64,000 nt of DNA from a bacterium (GCA_021823685.1 JAKANL010000002.1:15553-79552); one strand, 5' to 3'. Positions 30,571-40,925 are shown, counted from the stretch's first letter. Numbers and translations are program-made. The notes: generated by a model not told the origin, from the letters alone.

Positions 30571-31869
30571 ATGAAAGAAACGCCAGATTTGCAACATTTG
30601 TCATATAACGAACTCGCGCACCTTGCGCGCAGGCACGGCATTGTCGGCGCCGCGCTCATGAAAAAAGACGAACTCGTCGCCAAAATCGATCATGCGCAAA
30701 AAAATCCTGAAGAAGAAATCGCCGTCGAGGGCTTTTTAGAACGCTTACCTGATGGTTTTGGCTTCCTGCGCTCAGCACGTTACGACTATGTTTCAAGTCC
30801 CGACGATATTTATGTCTCGCCATCACAAATTCGCCGTTTTAACTTGCGAACAGGCGATACGGTAACCGGCGTCATCCGCAAACCCAAAGACAACGAAAAA
30901 TATTTTGCGCTGCTCAAAGTCACGGCAGTTAACGGGTTAGACCCATCACAAGATCGTCTTTATTTTGATCAATTATCGCCACTTCACCCAAACAAAAAGT
31001 TTAATCTTGAATATGACCCTGAAAAAATTTCAACGCGCATCATGGACCTCTTTACCCCCATCGGCAAGGGACAGCGAGGGCTCATCGTCTCACCTCCAAA
31101 GGCCGGTAAAACCATGCTCCTCAAAGAAATTGCGCATAGTATTCAAACCAATCACCCCGATTCCTATCTGTTCATCCTATTGATTGATGAACGGCCTGAA
31201 GAAGTCGCCGATTTTCGCCGTTCGATCAAAGGCAATCCGCATGTTGAAGTCGTCAGCTCAACCTTTGACGAATCAGCCAATCGCCACGTCCAAGTCGCTG
31301 AAATGGTTCTCGAAAAAGCAAAACGTCTCGTTGAAGTCGGCAAAGACGTCGTTATTTTACTCGATTCTATAACGCGTCTGGCGCGAGCATACAATACGGT
31401 AGCGCCAGCTTCGGGCAAGGTGTTAACTGGGGGTATCGATGCCAACGCCTTGCAGCGCCCAAAACGGTTTTTTGGCGCTGCGCGTAACACCGAAGAAGGC
31501 GGCTCACTCACCATTATCGCAACGGCTCTGATCGAAACCGGCTCGCGTATGGACGAAGTCATCTTTGAAGAATTTAAAGGCACGGGCAACATGGAAATCA
31601 ATATGACCCGTAAACTCTCCAATCGCCGCATTTATCCTGCGTTTGATCTGCTCGTTTCTGGCACACGCCGTGAAGATTTACTCATGCCGGAAGATGTTTT
31701 AAATAAAGTGTGGATTGTTCAAAAATTCCTCAACAACATGAACCTTATCGAAGGTATGGAATTTCTTATCGACAAAATGCGTAAACATAAGACCAACGCC
31801 GAATTTTTGGATGCAATCAATAAACGCGGTAGCAACGGCGGCAGCTCAAGCGGTTCTTCAGAAAGTTAA
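30571..31869 (+). CDS. rho: Transcription termination factor Rho
   Basis: The RNA-binding domain has GFGFLRS. Walker A is [45 protein letters not shown] is present. The protein ends in a Gly/Ser-rich tail. Confidence 0.95.
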   Translation: MKETPDLQHLSYNELAHLARRHGIVGAALMKKDELVAKIDHAQKNPEEEIAVEGFLERLPDGFGFLRSARYDYVSSPDDIYVSPSQIRRFNLRTGDTVTGVIRKPKDNEKYFALLKVTAVNGLDPSQDRLYFDQLSPLHPNKKFNLEYDPEKISTRIMDLFTPIGKGQRGLIVSPPKAGKTMLLKEIAHSIQTNHPDSYLFILLIDERPEEVADFRRSIKGNPHVEVVSSTFDESANRHVQVAEMVLEKAKRLVEVGKDVVILLDSITRLARAYNTVAPASGKVLTGGIDANALQRPKRFFGAARNTEEGGSLTIIATALIETGSRMDEVIFEEFKGTGNMEINMTRKLSNRRIYPAFDLLVSGTRREDLLMPEDVLNKVWIVQKFLNNMNLIEGMEFLIDKMRKHKTNAEFLDAINKRGSNGGSSSGSSES

Positions 31870-32894
31870 AAAGCAATATCTAATGCAAGCGTATCGAATT
31901 GATCGGTATGCGCTTTGTGTTGCGCAACATAGGCAACCATGGCCGCATTATCAGTAGCATACTGAGGCGATGGCGCAAAAAAAGTGACCCCCTGTTCACG
32001 CGCACAGTGCTCAAGTACCTGTTTTAAATACGTATTACACGCCACACCGCCAACAAAGGTCACCGCACGCGCTTCGGGATACTGCTTAAGGGCCTGACGC
32101 ACTTTCTGCGTAAAAGTTTCAGCGATACACACAAGCAGCGAGCTGGCAATTTGCGCCTTGATCGCCGCGTCGTCGCCCTTCAAAAAAAGTTTGCGTTCGA
32201 TATCATACCAACCACGCTTGATCGCATCGTATAAAACCGCCGTTTTTAACCCAGAAAAACTTAATTCCAGTGAGCCGGACATGCTGCGTGGATAAGCAAA
32301 AAAATCTTTGTAAGATACCTGCGCCGCCAATCGCTCCACTTCTGGGCCGCCTGGATATGGCAGACCAATCAATTTGGCAACTTTATCTAACGCCTCGCCA
32401 GCCGCATCATCAAGGGTACTGGCAAGCACCTGATAGGAATCCAGGCCATGCACCATATAAAGTGCCGTATTCCCTCCAGACGCCATTAAACAGAGGTGGG
32501 GATAGGGGACATCGTTTTCAATACATGCAGAAAAAATATGGGCCTGAATATGATCAATGCCGATAATACGTTTTTTTGCGCATGCAGCAAGTGCTTTAGC
32601 ACAACATAGGCCCACCAACAGTGATCCAGGCAATCCGGGGCGCGTCGTTACTGCAATGGTCGTAAGATCAGACAACGAACAGCCGGCCGTATCAAGAGCG
32701 GACTCCACAACAAAGCCAATTTTTTCCAAATGACTTCGGGAGGCGATTTCTGGAACGACGCCACCATACACGGCATGTAATTTAATTTGTGAAAACACAA
32801 CGTTTGAAACGATACCCTTACCATCTATCCAGACGCTCGCCGCCGTTTCATCGCATGACGTCTCGATAGCAAGAATTTTTTCAAGAATTGGCAT
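31866..32894 (-). CDS. tsaD: tRNA N6-adenosine threonylcarbamoyltransferase TsaD
   Basis: [15 protein letters not shown] is present, together with HIQAHIFS and the GGVACN C-terminal motif. The start is taken at MPILEKIL. The stop overlaps the rho stop. Confidence 0.9.
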   Translation of the reverse strand: MPILEKILAIETSCDETAASVWIDGKGIVSNVVFSQIKLHAVYGGVVPEIASRSHLEKIGFVVESALDTAGCSLSDLTTIAVTTRPGLPGSLLVGLCCAKALAACAKKRIIGIDHIQAHIFSACIENDVPYPHLCLMASGGNTALYMVHGLDSYQVLASTLDDAAGEALDKVAKLIGLPYPGGPEVERLAAQVSYKDFFAYPRSMSGSLELSFSGLKTAVLYDAIKRGWYDIERKLFLKGDDAAIKAQIASSLLVCIAETFTQKVRQALKQYPEARAVTFVGGVACNTYLKQVLEHCAREQGVTFFAPSPQYATDNAAMVAYVAQHKAHTDQFDTLALDIAF

Positions 32895-33663
32895 AATCTG
32901 CCTGAAGCACATTGCAACGATCTAAACACGCACAGCGGCACTTTGACGCCGGATGAATACTGCGTAAATCAAGCATCGTAAGAGCGGCCTCTTCAAGAGC
33001 GTTTTGCACTTTTTCTTCATCTCGAATACTCACAGGTACCGGCAAGGTAACCGAACAATCATTATTTTTGAGTGAATGATATTTCCACACCATGTCACCC
33101 TGCGCATCTTTGGCAAAAAAAGATTCTTCCAGAGGAATAATAAGCGTATTTTGCGGGTCCGGAACAACCGTGTAAATCTCGCCATTGATCTTTTTTTGCG
33201 CTAACCGCGCCGACTTCACGTGCCATGTAACAATGGCTTCATTGGCCATATTGAGCGTCGTTTGTCGGTCAAGGCAATACAGCGAACACGCAGCATCCGG
33301 GCAAATGGCTAGATGGGAGAGCGGCGTTTCATCAATAATTTTTGTGTTTTTGGGATTGACGAATAGATAATAGAGATGCGTCACGCAATTACGTTCCCTA
33401 AAACAAAAAACGCTGTCACGCGCCGTGATACTATTGCCTCCATACCATACCGTAAACTCGCTCGCCTCCGGACTCTGCATATTGCCAAAATCGATGCCCC
33501 CCACATAGCAAACGGTTTCATGAACGGCTTCATCAAGCGGAACGGCAGTACACGCGCAGCAATCATGTTCACCAAAAAAACCTGCACAAAGATTACCCGA
33601 TAAGAAAACCAGACTCACGATAATGAATATTTTAAAAAGTCTGAGCCCATGCATGCTCAACAT
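32881..33663 (-). CDS. Hypothetical Cys-rich secreted protein
   Basis: The start is placed at an internal Met (MLSMHGLRLFKIFIIVSLVFLSG…) so that promoter space is left opposite smpB. No family recognised. Confidence 0.5.
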   Translation of the reverse strand: MLSMHGLRLFKIFIIVSLVFLSGNLCAGFFGEHDCCACTAVPLDEAVHETVCYVGGIDFGNMQSPEASEFTVWYGGNSITARDSVFCFRERNCVTHLYYLFVNPKNTKIIDETPLSHLAICPDAACSLYCLDRQTTLNMANEAIVTWHVKSARLAQKKINGEIYTVVPDPQNTLIIPLEESFFAKDAQGDMVWKYHSLKNNDCSVTLPVPVSIRDEEKVQNALEEAALTMLDLRSIHPASKCRCACLDRCNVLQADYANS

Positions 33664-33770
33664 CCCGCTTAAATCGCTCAAGAGCGTATACTTTATCATA
33701 CAACAGTCGCTAATATCCTCCAAAAATTGTATCATAATAGGAGGAATAGGCAAAAGACCGAAAAAGTGCC

Positions 33771-34229
33771 ATGAAAATCATAGCGGAAAACAAAAAAGCT
33801 TTTTTTGATTACGAAATTATCGATCGCATCGAAGCCGGCATCGTTCTCACTGGCGATGAAGTAAAATCCGCGCGCGCCAAACATGTTTCGCTCCAAGGAT
33901 CTTTTGCCCAATTTTATCGGGGCGAGCTCATGCTTCTTAATGCCAAAATAACGCCCTATTCGCACGCATACCAAAAAACGGAAGAACAAATGTCGCGCAG
34001 CCGAAAGCTCCTGCTCCATAAACGCGAGCTCATGCGGCTATTGGGCGAATTATCAAAAAAGGGAATCACGCTCATTCCCCTTAAAATTTATTTTAATGAC
34101 CGCAACATTGCCAAAATCGAACTTGGCCTGGCAAAACACAAAAAATCGGCAGATAAAAAACGCGATATCAAAGAACGCGATGTACGGCGCGAAACAGCAC
34201 GAGAACTCAAAAACGTGTATAAATATTAA
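33771..34229 (+). CDS. smpB: SsrA-binding protein SmpB
   Basis: ENKKAFFDYEIIDRIEAGIVLTGDEVKSAR is present, with a basic C-tail. It lies directly upstream of tmRNA. Confidence 0.93.
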   Translation: MKIIAENKKAFFDYEIIDRIEAGIVLTGDEVKSARAKHVSLQGSFAQFYRGELMLLNAKITPYSHAYQKTEEQMSRSRKLLLHKRELMRLLGELSKKGITLIPLKIYFNDRNIAKIELGLAKHKKSADKKRDIKERDVRRETARELKNVYKY

Positions 34230-34230
34230 C

Positions 34231-34259
34231 TTGACAAGGGGCCCGACAAACGTTACAAT
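34231..34259 (+). promoter_or_regulatory. Near-consensus sigma70 promoter upstream of ssrA
   Basis: TTGACA (34231-34236), exactly 17-nt spacer, TACAAT (34254-34259). Confidence 0.6.
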
Positions 34260-34340
34260 TAGAAATAACGAGCTAGGCCTGACGGGATGCGGGCATAGCG
34301 CATAAGAGCGAATAAGAAGTAACATATCTTTGACATTTTT

Positions 34341-34698
34341 GGGGGCGTATTTGGTTTCGACGTGATATTCCGATATCAAGGTGCATGCCGAGCTTCGTCT
34401 GTGTGCTCGTAAATAAAGCAGTCAAACTATACGTGCAGAACCTCGTTTTGCAATTGCTTAAGCTTAACGCTTAAACAGTCTTGTTAATTGGCGCGTCTAC
34501 CAGCTGATTAACTCGTAGTACTCGGTAGAACCTATGCACAAGGTTTCATCGTTTCGTCATGCATACAGTACACCAAACGGTCCTGCATTCACACGCTGTG
34601 TCTTTGCAGACGAGTGCAGGTATAATCAAAGAATAAGCATGAAGGACCCTGATTTCAGCGTATTACGGACATGGGTTCAACTCCCATCGCCTCCACCA
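34341..34698 (+). ncRNA. ssrA: tmRNA (SsrA), one-piece, about 358 nt
   Basis: The 5' end is GGGGGCGTATTTGGTTTCGACG. The conserved CAAGGTGCATGCCGAG block is present. The 3' T-arm is GGGTTCAACTCCC. The acceptor 3' strand CGCCTCC-ACCA pairs with the 5' GGGGGCG, giving G3-U70. The putative tag ORF is GCA GAA CCT CGT TTT GCA ATT GCT TAA GCT TAA (34435-34461). Confidence 0.9.
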
Positions 34699-34825
34699 AA
34701 ACCTTACTTTTTCAATGGCCGTCGCCCGCGAAAAATTACTTTTTGTTTCGGCTCCGCTTGACGCCTTTCAGAGGCATGTTAAGCTAAGTGGCTGTAATCG
34801 TGATTATTTCTAAAAGGAAGAAGAT

Positions 34826-35440
34826 ATGCTCAATAAACGCTGTGCTTTGTGGTGCTTATTATCTCTGTCGCCACTCTTATACGCCGAAGAGGCCGTAACA
34901 ACTGAAGTTGAACAAGTTGAAACCACCGCCATCAAAGAAACCCCTCAGAAAAAACAAAAAGATTCTAAACGTACACAAATTTTTGTCGTCGATCTCGAAC
35001 AAGTAGCTACCAAGAGCGGTCTTGCGCGCGTTATGAGCAAAGACTTAAACGCGCTCAATCAAAAATACAGCAAAGAACTTGAATCGATGAAGCAAGAGAT
35101 TGAAAAAGAAGCGGCTGAGCTTAAACAAAAAGAAAAAGCACTTGATGCCGATGCTCTGAAGAAAAGACAAGAAGAACTTGCGCTTAAAGATCAAAAATTC
35201 CAAATGCGCTTCAAACACTACGACGAAGAGTTACGCAAAAAAGATTTTGAAACACGTTCAAAACTCATTCAAAAGTTACGCGATGAAGCACAAAAAATGA
35301 TCCCGGATAACGCCATTATGCTTGATGCACACATGGTTATCGCGGCCAAGGGGACGGATAAAACCGAAGCGCTTACGAGCTTTGTCGAAAAAGAAGCTAA
35401 AAAAATGGAAGCTCCCAAGAAAAAGTCAGCAAAAAAATAG
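34826..35440 (+). CDS. Skp/OmpH-like periplasmic chaperone (coiled-coil, Lys/Glu-rich)
   Basis: The signal peptide is MLNKRCALWCLLSLSPLLYA. It is followed by a long charged helical region resembling OmpH-family proteins. The call is tentative. Confidence 0.45.
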   Translation: MLNKRCALWCLLSLSPLLYAEEAVTTEVEQVETTAIKETPQKKQKDSKRTQIFVVDLEQVATKSGLARVMSKDLNALNQKYSKELESMKQEIEKEAAELKQKEKALDADALKKRQEELALKDQKFQMRFKHYDEELRKKDFETRSKLIQKLRDEAQKMIPDNAIMLDAHMVIAAKGTDKTEALTSFVEKEAKKMEAPKKKSAKK

Positions 35441-35470
35441 CTTGATCGTTTGTCATTGATGAACTACCAA

Positions 35471-35506
35471 AATCAAGGCCTGCAATGCGGGCCTTGATTT
35501 GTTTTT
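35471..35506 (+). terminator. Rho-independent terminator
   Basis: Perfect 10-bp stem AATCAAGGCC/GGCCTTGATT, then TTGTTTTT. Confidence 0.75.
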
Positions 35507-35521
35507 AAAAGGAGAACGTTC

Positions 35522-36238
35522 ATGTTTGAGTGCTTAATACTTGCCCTTATTTTCGTTGATAGCATTGTAGGATTTGTCAGCGGTTTTGGAACGTCAACTC
35601 TTTTGCTGCCCATTTTACTTCTGTGGTACCCGATCGGCACCGCACTGATCCTGACCGGCTTCGTTCATCTGCTCAATAACATCGGCAAGGCTGGCCTTTT
35701 TTTCAGACAGACCTCATGGCGTTTTTTACTTATTTTCGGCCTACCAGCCGTTATTTTGAGTATTATTGGTGCACAATTCGTCTTTATCATTGATCGCGCG
35801 ATATTGGCACGCATTATTGGTCTTTTATTACTTGTATACGTCGTAGCCAAAGTTGGTTGGAATCGCACCATTACTATCAAAAAAATCGGTTATTTGGCGA
35901 TTGGCGGCGGTTTTTACGGGCTTATGGAAGGTCTCACTGGTATTGGCGGCGCACTCCGGGCCGCCTTGCTCAACGCGTATGATATGACGCCCGGCACCTT
36001 TATTGCAACTAATGGATTTATCGCGCTCTTTGTCGACCTTGCGCGTCTGGCAACCTACACAAGCAATCAGACCGTTTATACGTTTACCTGGTGGTTTTAT
36101 GGCCTCGTCGCCTGCACAACCTTGGCCGGCGCCTGGGCCGGCAAATATATTGTTGATTACTTACCAGCAAAATACATCAAAACAATCGTACTTATCGTCA
36201 TAACACTCGCAAGCATCAAACTTCTTATCGCGCCATAA
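35522..36238 (+). CDS. TauE/SafE (DUF81) family anion-exporter membrane protein
   Basis: AAGGAGA lies upstream of the ATG. The protein is polytopic, with GFVSGFGTSTLLLPILL near the N-terminus and an internal-repeat architecture. Confidence 0.7.
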   Translation: MFECLILALIFVDSIVGFVSGFGTSTLLLPILLLWYPIGTALILTGFVHLLNNIGKAGLFFRQTSWRFLLIFGLPAVILSIIGAQFVFIIDRAILARIIGLLLLVYVVAKVGWNRTITIKKIGYLAIGGGFYGLMEGLTGIGGALRAALLNAYDMTPGTFIATNGFIALFVDLARLATYTSNQTVYTFTWWFYGLVACTTLAGAWAGKYIVDYLPAKYIKTIVLIVITLASIKLLIAP

Positions 36239-36374
36239 TAGACAAAAATATTCATGTGCTGATATCCGATGATGATATCGGAATCGTTTGCCGTCAACCC
36301 TTGTTCAGCCACATCCTCTCGCGCCAAGCTACAGAAAGAAAACTTTGTTTTTTGTTAGGCAATCAAGTACTTCT

Positions 36375-36383
36375 TGCTATACT
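36375..36383 (+). promoter_or_regulatory. Extended -10 element TGcTATACT placed for a leaderless mutL mRNA
   Basis: The TATACT hexamer ends at 36383 and the mutL ATG starts at 36390, a 7-nt distance. No Shine-Dalgarno sequence lies between them. Confidence 0.45.
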
Positions 36384-36389
36384 AAAAAC

Positions 36390-38162
36390 ATGAACAAAAT
36401 ACGTCTTTTATCGCCACAAGAAATACAAAAAATTGCCGCTGGCGAAGTTGTTGAGCGACCGGCCAACGTTGTCAAAGAATTGGTAGAAAACGCGCTTGAT
36501 GCGCAGGCAACCTACATCGAAATTATTATTAAAGATGGCGGAGAAAGCTTTATTGGCGTTACTGATAACGGCTGCGGCATGTCGCCAGAAGATGCACGGC
36601 TCAGCATCGCACCCCATACTACAAGCAAAATTTCGAGTGTTGATGACTTGGTTCAACTGGCAACGTTCGGTTTCCGCGGTGAAGCGCTTGCAAGCATGTG
36701 TGCGGTAAGTGATTTTACCCTCAAAACCAAACGCGAAAACGATGATACCGGTATTCAACTCAATTTCAAAAATGGCGTGCTGGAACGTGAGGAGATAGTC
36801 AGCTGTCCAACCGGAACCATGGTCTCCGTCGCCGATCTTTTTGCCAACATTCCGGCGCGTAAAAAATTTCTCAAGGCGTCTGAAACCGAAATGCGCCACA
36901 TTACCCAATTTTTCCAAGCAACCGCATTGAGTAATCCCGCCATTCACTTCAAACTTATGTGTGATAACAAATTGGTCCAGCAATGCCCTCCAGCAGAAAA
37001 TACGCAGATGCGTGTTGTTCAGCTCTGGGGGCATCACATGGCCCAAAACATACTGCCGATAACCGCAGAAAATGACCAAAAACAACTCTCAATACATGGG
37101 CTTATTTCAAATCACCAATTCCAGCGATTCAATACCGCCAATATTTTTTTATTCGTCAATCAACGCTGGGTTAAAAATAGCAATCTCATCAAGGCATTTA
37201 TCCGCGGATACCAACAGGTACTGCCGCCCGGAAAATACCCCGCCGGCGTTCTGTTTATTAAAATCGATCCCGCCAATATTGATGTTAATATTCATCCGCG
37301 TAAAGAAGAAGTCCAATTTTTACACGAACGTACCGTCGAACAGCTCATCCAGCAAACAATAAAACAAACGCTTGAAGCACATGTCAGCAAACAAATCATC
37401 ACGCCCTTTGCCCCACCCCCGCACGCACCTCAGGCTACGCTTACCAGCAGCCCTGCACCGGCTCACATTTGGCAGCCGGTGGACGAACCGATTCCACAAT
37501 GGGCAGCGTACCAACCGGCAACACCACCCACGATAGTGGAGCCAACCGTAGCCTATGCGCAGCAGACGGTAACTCAAACGGCCCCCGACAATCAACCAGA
37601 GACGTATCGCATTATTGGGCAATATCTGAATACGTATATCATCATAGAAAACGAACAGGGGCTTGTTTTGATCGATCAGCACGCTGCCCACGAACGTATT
37701 TTATACGAGCTATTCGCTCAACGATTTCAAGAAGTTGCGTGTAGCCAGCTGCTTTTCCCTACCGTCGTTGCCGTAACACATGACGAAGCACAATTACTGA
37801 TCGATAACGCAGCAACATTGGCAATACATGGTATCGCCATCGATCGTATCGCCAGTGACCGCATCGCTATAAGATCCGTGCCCGTTAACTTAAAAAATGC
37901 CGACCTGGCTGGCCTCTTAATTCACTGCGCAGATCTTTTTGCCCAATCACAAACAAATGTCGACATGCTGCATGAATATATCCGCGCACAGATGGCCTGT
38001 AAAGCAGCCGTCAAAGGCGGCGATGAACTATCCAAGCAACAAATAAACGAGCTGGTTACGCAGCTATCAAAAATAAACAATCGCCTGACGTGCCCACATG
38101 GCCGACCAACAATGTGGATAATCTCATTGCCAGAGCTTGAAAAACATTTTAAACGAATATAG
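36390..38162 (+). CDS. mutL: DNA mismatch repair protein MutL
   Basis: MNKIRLLSPQEIQKIAAGEVVERPANVVKELVENALDA matches the canonical MutL N-terminus. GFRGEAL is present, and the C-terminal dimerisation domain has QHAAHERI. Confidence 0.93.
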   Translation: MNKIRLLSPQEIQKIAAGEVVERPANVVKELVENALDAQATYIEIIIKDGGESFIGVTDNGCGMSPEDARLSIAPHTTSKISSVDDLVQLATFGFRGEALASMCAVSDFTLKTKRENDDTGIQLNFKNGVLEREEIVSCPTGTMVSVADLFANIPARKKFLKASETEMRHITQFFQATALSNPAIHFKLMCDNKLVQQCPPAENTQMRVVQLWGHHMAQNILPITAENDQKQLSIHGLISNHQFQRFNTANIFLFVNQRWVKNSNLIKAFIRGYQQVLPPGKYPAGVLFIKIDPANIDVNIHPRKEEVQFLHERTVEQLIQQTIKQTLEAHVSKQIITPFAPPPHAPQATLTSSPAPAHIWQPVDEPIPQWAAYQPATPPTIVEPTVAYAQQTVTQTAPDNQPETYRIIGQYLNTYIIIENEQGLVLIDQHAAHERILYELFAQRFQEVACSQLLFPTVVAVTHDEAQLLIDNAATLAIHGIAIDRIASDRIAIRSVPVNLKNADLAGLLIHCADLFAQSQTNVDMLHEYIRAQMACKAAVKGGDELSKQQINELVTQLSKINNRLTCPHGRPTMWIISLPELEKHFKRI

Positions 38163-38300
38163 AAATCGTAGGATTTTACCGGCTCAATCAAAACATCGAT
38201 CCGCTCCAGCAGCCATTCTCTATGGACAGTCTGTCAATTTTTTGATATATTGGTGGTATTCAGAGGTTAATTTCACCCTTTAAATAAAAATGAAGAAACC

Positions 38301-40094
38301 ATGTCGTATACACCAGATAAAATACGCAATATAGCCATCATTGCCCACGTTGACCACGGCAAAACAACGTTGGTCGATCGTCTTTTTGGAACAGCCGGTA
38401 CAAAAACAGGCGGTCAAGAGCGCGCCATGGACACCAACGAAATTGAACGCGAACGCGGTATCACTATTTTGGCGAAAAATACCGGTATTCGGTATAACGG
38501 CTATAAAATTAATATCGTAGATACCCCAGGCCATAGCGATTTCGGCGGTGAAGTTGAACGTACGCTACAAATGGTCGAAGGCTTTTTATTGTTGGTTGAT
38601 GCGGCTGAGGGCGTTCTTCCAGGTACGCGATTTGTACTTTCTAAAGCGCTTGCGCTACACCTCAAACCCATTGTCGTCATCAATAAAATCGACCGCCCTG
38701 ATGCCGATATTGACCGCACACGACATGCCATTCATGACCTCTTTTTAGATTTAGCGTCGCATACTGGCCAACTTGAATTTCCGATACTATACGGGTCATC
38801 AAAACTCGGTTTCATGACCACCAATCCAGAACAAAAAACTGATTCGATGGCTCCGCTATTGGAAACTATTATTAGTACCGTTCCTGCACCACATATATCC
38901 GATGAGGGCTTACAGTTTTTATGCACAAACATAGATCACTCAGACTTCTTAGGCTCTATCGCTATTGGCCGTATTTTTAGCGGATCAATAAGCCTGGGAC
39001 AAAAGGTGGTTGTTTGCAAAGGGCAAAAAATCAGCTCGCCAACCATGATCACCAAAATTTATACTTTCGAGGGTCTCGAGCGTATCGAACAACAAGATGC
39101 ACAGTGTGGCGATATTGTCGCCATCACCGGTTTGAACGAAGATGCTCCAATCGGCAGCACCATTTGCGCAGCCGATAACCCTCGCCCATTACCGTATGTA
39201 GCTATCGATGAACCGACGATGTCGATGAATATCAGCGTTAATGATTCGCCATTTAACGGGCGTGAAGGCGAGTTTCTTACCTCACGCCACCTCAAAGCGC
39301 GTTTAGAGAAAGAATGCAAAACCAACGTTGCCTTACGCGTTGAGCCTACTGATGCGGCTGATACTTTTAAAGTTTCTGGTCGTGGGCAGCTCCACTTGAG
39401 CATCGTTGTCGAAACGATGCGCCGCGAAGGTTTTGAAATGCAATTATCAGCACCAGAAGTTATTTATAAGCAAATCGACGGTATAAAACATGAACCCGTT
39501 GAATGGATGGTTGTCGACACACCTGAAGAATACCAAGGTGTCATTATGGAGCGTTTAGGCCGCAAAAAGGCGCTCTTGCAACACGTTGAACACCACAGTA
39601 ATGGCAGACTGCGTATGGATTTTAAGATTCCGTCACGAGGCTTGGTTGGTTTTAAAAGTCAGTTTCTAACTGATACGCGCGGTAATGGTATTGTTACCTA
39701 TCAGTTTCATGGCTATGAACCATATAAGGGCGATATTCCCGGCCGCACCCGAGGGGCGCTCGTTTCCATGGAAAATTCGCCAGCAACGGCATATGCCTTA
39801 GATAACTTACAGGAGCGCGGCACGCTTTTTATTTCGCCAGGCCAGCAAATTTACGAAGGCATGATCGTTGGCGAGCATAGCCGCGAGAACGATCTTGACG
39901 TTAATCCGGGCAAGCTCAAAAAATTGAGCAACATGCGCGCGGCAGGATCGGATGAAAATGTCAAACTAGCACCGCCACGCATTATGGATCTAGAAACGTG
40001 CATGGAGTGGATAAATCCTGACGAGCTCGTCGAAGTCACGCCACTTTCTATACGCCTGCGCAAGAAAAGACTTAAGTCACACGAACGCAAATAG
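38301..40094 (+). CDS. typA: Translational GTPase TypA/BipA
   Basis: Motifs [33 protein letters not shown] and NKIDRP are present, in a 597-aa EF-G-like architecture. Confidence 0.93.
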   Translation: MSYTPDKIRNIAIIAHVDHGKTTLVDRLFGTAGTKTGGQERAMDTNEIERERGITILAKNTGIRYNGYKINIVDTPGHSDFGGEVERTLQMVEGFLLLVDAAEGVLPGTRFVLSKALALHLKPIVVINKIDRPDADIDRTRHAIHDLFLDLASHTGQLEFPILYGSSKLGFMTTNPEQKTDSMAPLLETIISTVPAPHISDEGLQFLCTNIDHSDFLGSIAIGRIFSGSISLGQKVVVCKGQKISSPTMITKIYTFEGLERIEQQDAQCGDIVAITGLNEDAPIGSTICAADNPRPLPYVAIDEPTMSMNISVNDSPFNGREGEFLTSRHLKARLEKECKTNVALRVEPTDAADTFKVSGRGQLHLSIVVETMRREGFEMQLSAPEVIYKQIDGIKHEPVEWMVVDTPEEYQGVIMERLGRKKALLQHVEHHSNGRLRMDFKIPSRGLVGFKSQFLTDTRGNGIVTYQFHGYEPYKGDIPGRTRGALVSMENSPATAYALDNLQERGTLFISPGQQIYEGMIVGEHSRENDLDVNPGKLKKLSNMRAAGSDENVKLAPPRIMDLETCMEWINPDELVEVTPLSIRLRKKRLKSHERK

Positions 40095-40120
40095 ATTTCA
40101 AGAAAAAATCCTACAAAAAA

Positions 40121-40744
40121 ATGAAAAAACTGCTCATACCGCTCATCTGTTTGAGTATTTTTGGCTTGGCAAAAGCACACGAACATCGAATGTGCAACGT
40201 TTATTTACAAGCTGGGCCACAAACGCAAATCACAGCAAGCATCCAACAGATTGGCAGGTTGTTTCACGGGACAACGGCAGACAAAATTCAGCAAATCTTT
40301 AGATTTATGGCGCATTTACAACATGTTTCATTTGATCGTGCGATTTTTCGCAAAAGAACAGCTCATCAGATAATTTCAGATGGCACAATAAGTGGCTGCA
40401 CCGATGCAACAATAGTATTTGTTGCGCTAGCGCGAGCATGTGCGATTCCTGCTAAATATATAGAAACAATTGATAAAGAATGGCTGCTCAGCGATGGCCC
40501 GTCAATTAGCGGACACATTTATGCTGAAATTTACGATGCCGAGCAAAATCAGTGGATTCTGGTTGATCCAACCAATAAGAAGAGAATTAATGGTATCCCG
40601 AATAACCGCGTTCTTTTTAAAATTGGGCTCGATTCATGGGACATCGGCATCACCGATTACGAATCACTTTCTCAGGTATACCGGCTGTTCAAAACACAAT
40701 GGCTTGAGACAAACAAAAGAAGTAATAATCACTTCAACAATTAG
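40121..40744 (+). CDS. Secreted transglutaminase-like (papain-fold Cys-His-Asp) protein
   Basis: The signal peptide is MKKLLIPLICLSIFGLAKA. The triad context is SGCTDATIVFVALARACAIPAKYI … GHIYAEIY … QWILVDPT. Confidence 0.7.
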   Translation: MKKLLIPLICLSIFGLAKAHEHRMCNVYLQAGPQTQITASIQQIGRLFHGTTADKIQQIFRFMAHLQHVSFDRAIFRKRTAHQIISDGTISGCTDATIVFVALARACAIPAKYIETIDKEWLLSDGPSISGHIYAEIYDAEQNQWILVDPTNKKRINGIPNNRVLFKIGLDSWDIGITDYESLSQVYRLFKTQWLETNKRSNNHFNN

Positions 40745-40779
40745 AGCTACCGGGCGTGTGGCGAATTTGAACTGTGCAC

Positions 40780-40925
40780 TCTTCGATAAACTCAGAGTGA
40801 GCGGAATATATGATGGATGTACTCCGCGTGTTGTCTGACACTTTATTTCGCGTATCCGCTATATTCCGTGCATCCTGAGCTCCACACCCAATCATCCTGA
40901 GCACGTCGAAGGATGTCCTGTTTAC
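40780..40925. repeat. Structured intergenic element with nested short palindromes between convergent genes
   Basis: CGGAATATA (40802-40810) pairs with TATATTCCG (40860-40868). There is a hairpin CATCC-TGAGCACGTCGAA-GGATG (~40892-40914). ATCCTGAGC occurs twice. Units translating as FDKLRV and FDVLRM lie on opposite strands. Confidence 0.3.

Noticed and set aside
34418-34474. Alternative tmRNA tag frame GCA GTC AAA … GCT TAA, encoding AVKLYVQNLVLQLLKLNA
   Set aside because: It is highly hydrophobic and unlike known degradation tags. The AEPRFAIA frame has the tandem in-frame stop and Ala-rich C-terminus expected of tags. A covariance model is still needed to confirm this.
34534-34761. 75-aa plus-strand ORF
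   Set aside because: It lies inside the 3' half of tmRNA (pseudoknot and T-arm region), so it is not a protein gene.
36408-37085. 225-aa minus-strand ORF inside mutL
   Set aside because: It is entirely antisense to a well-supported mutL coding region, has no recognisable motifs and has an odd composition. It is a typical shadow ORF.
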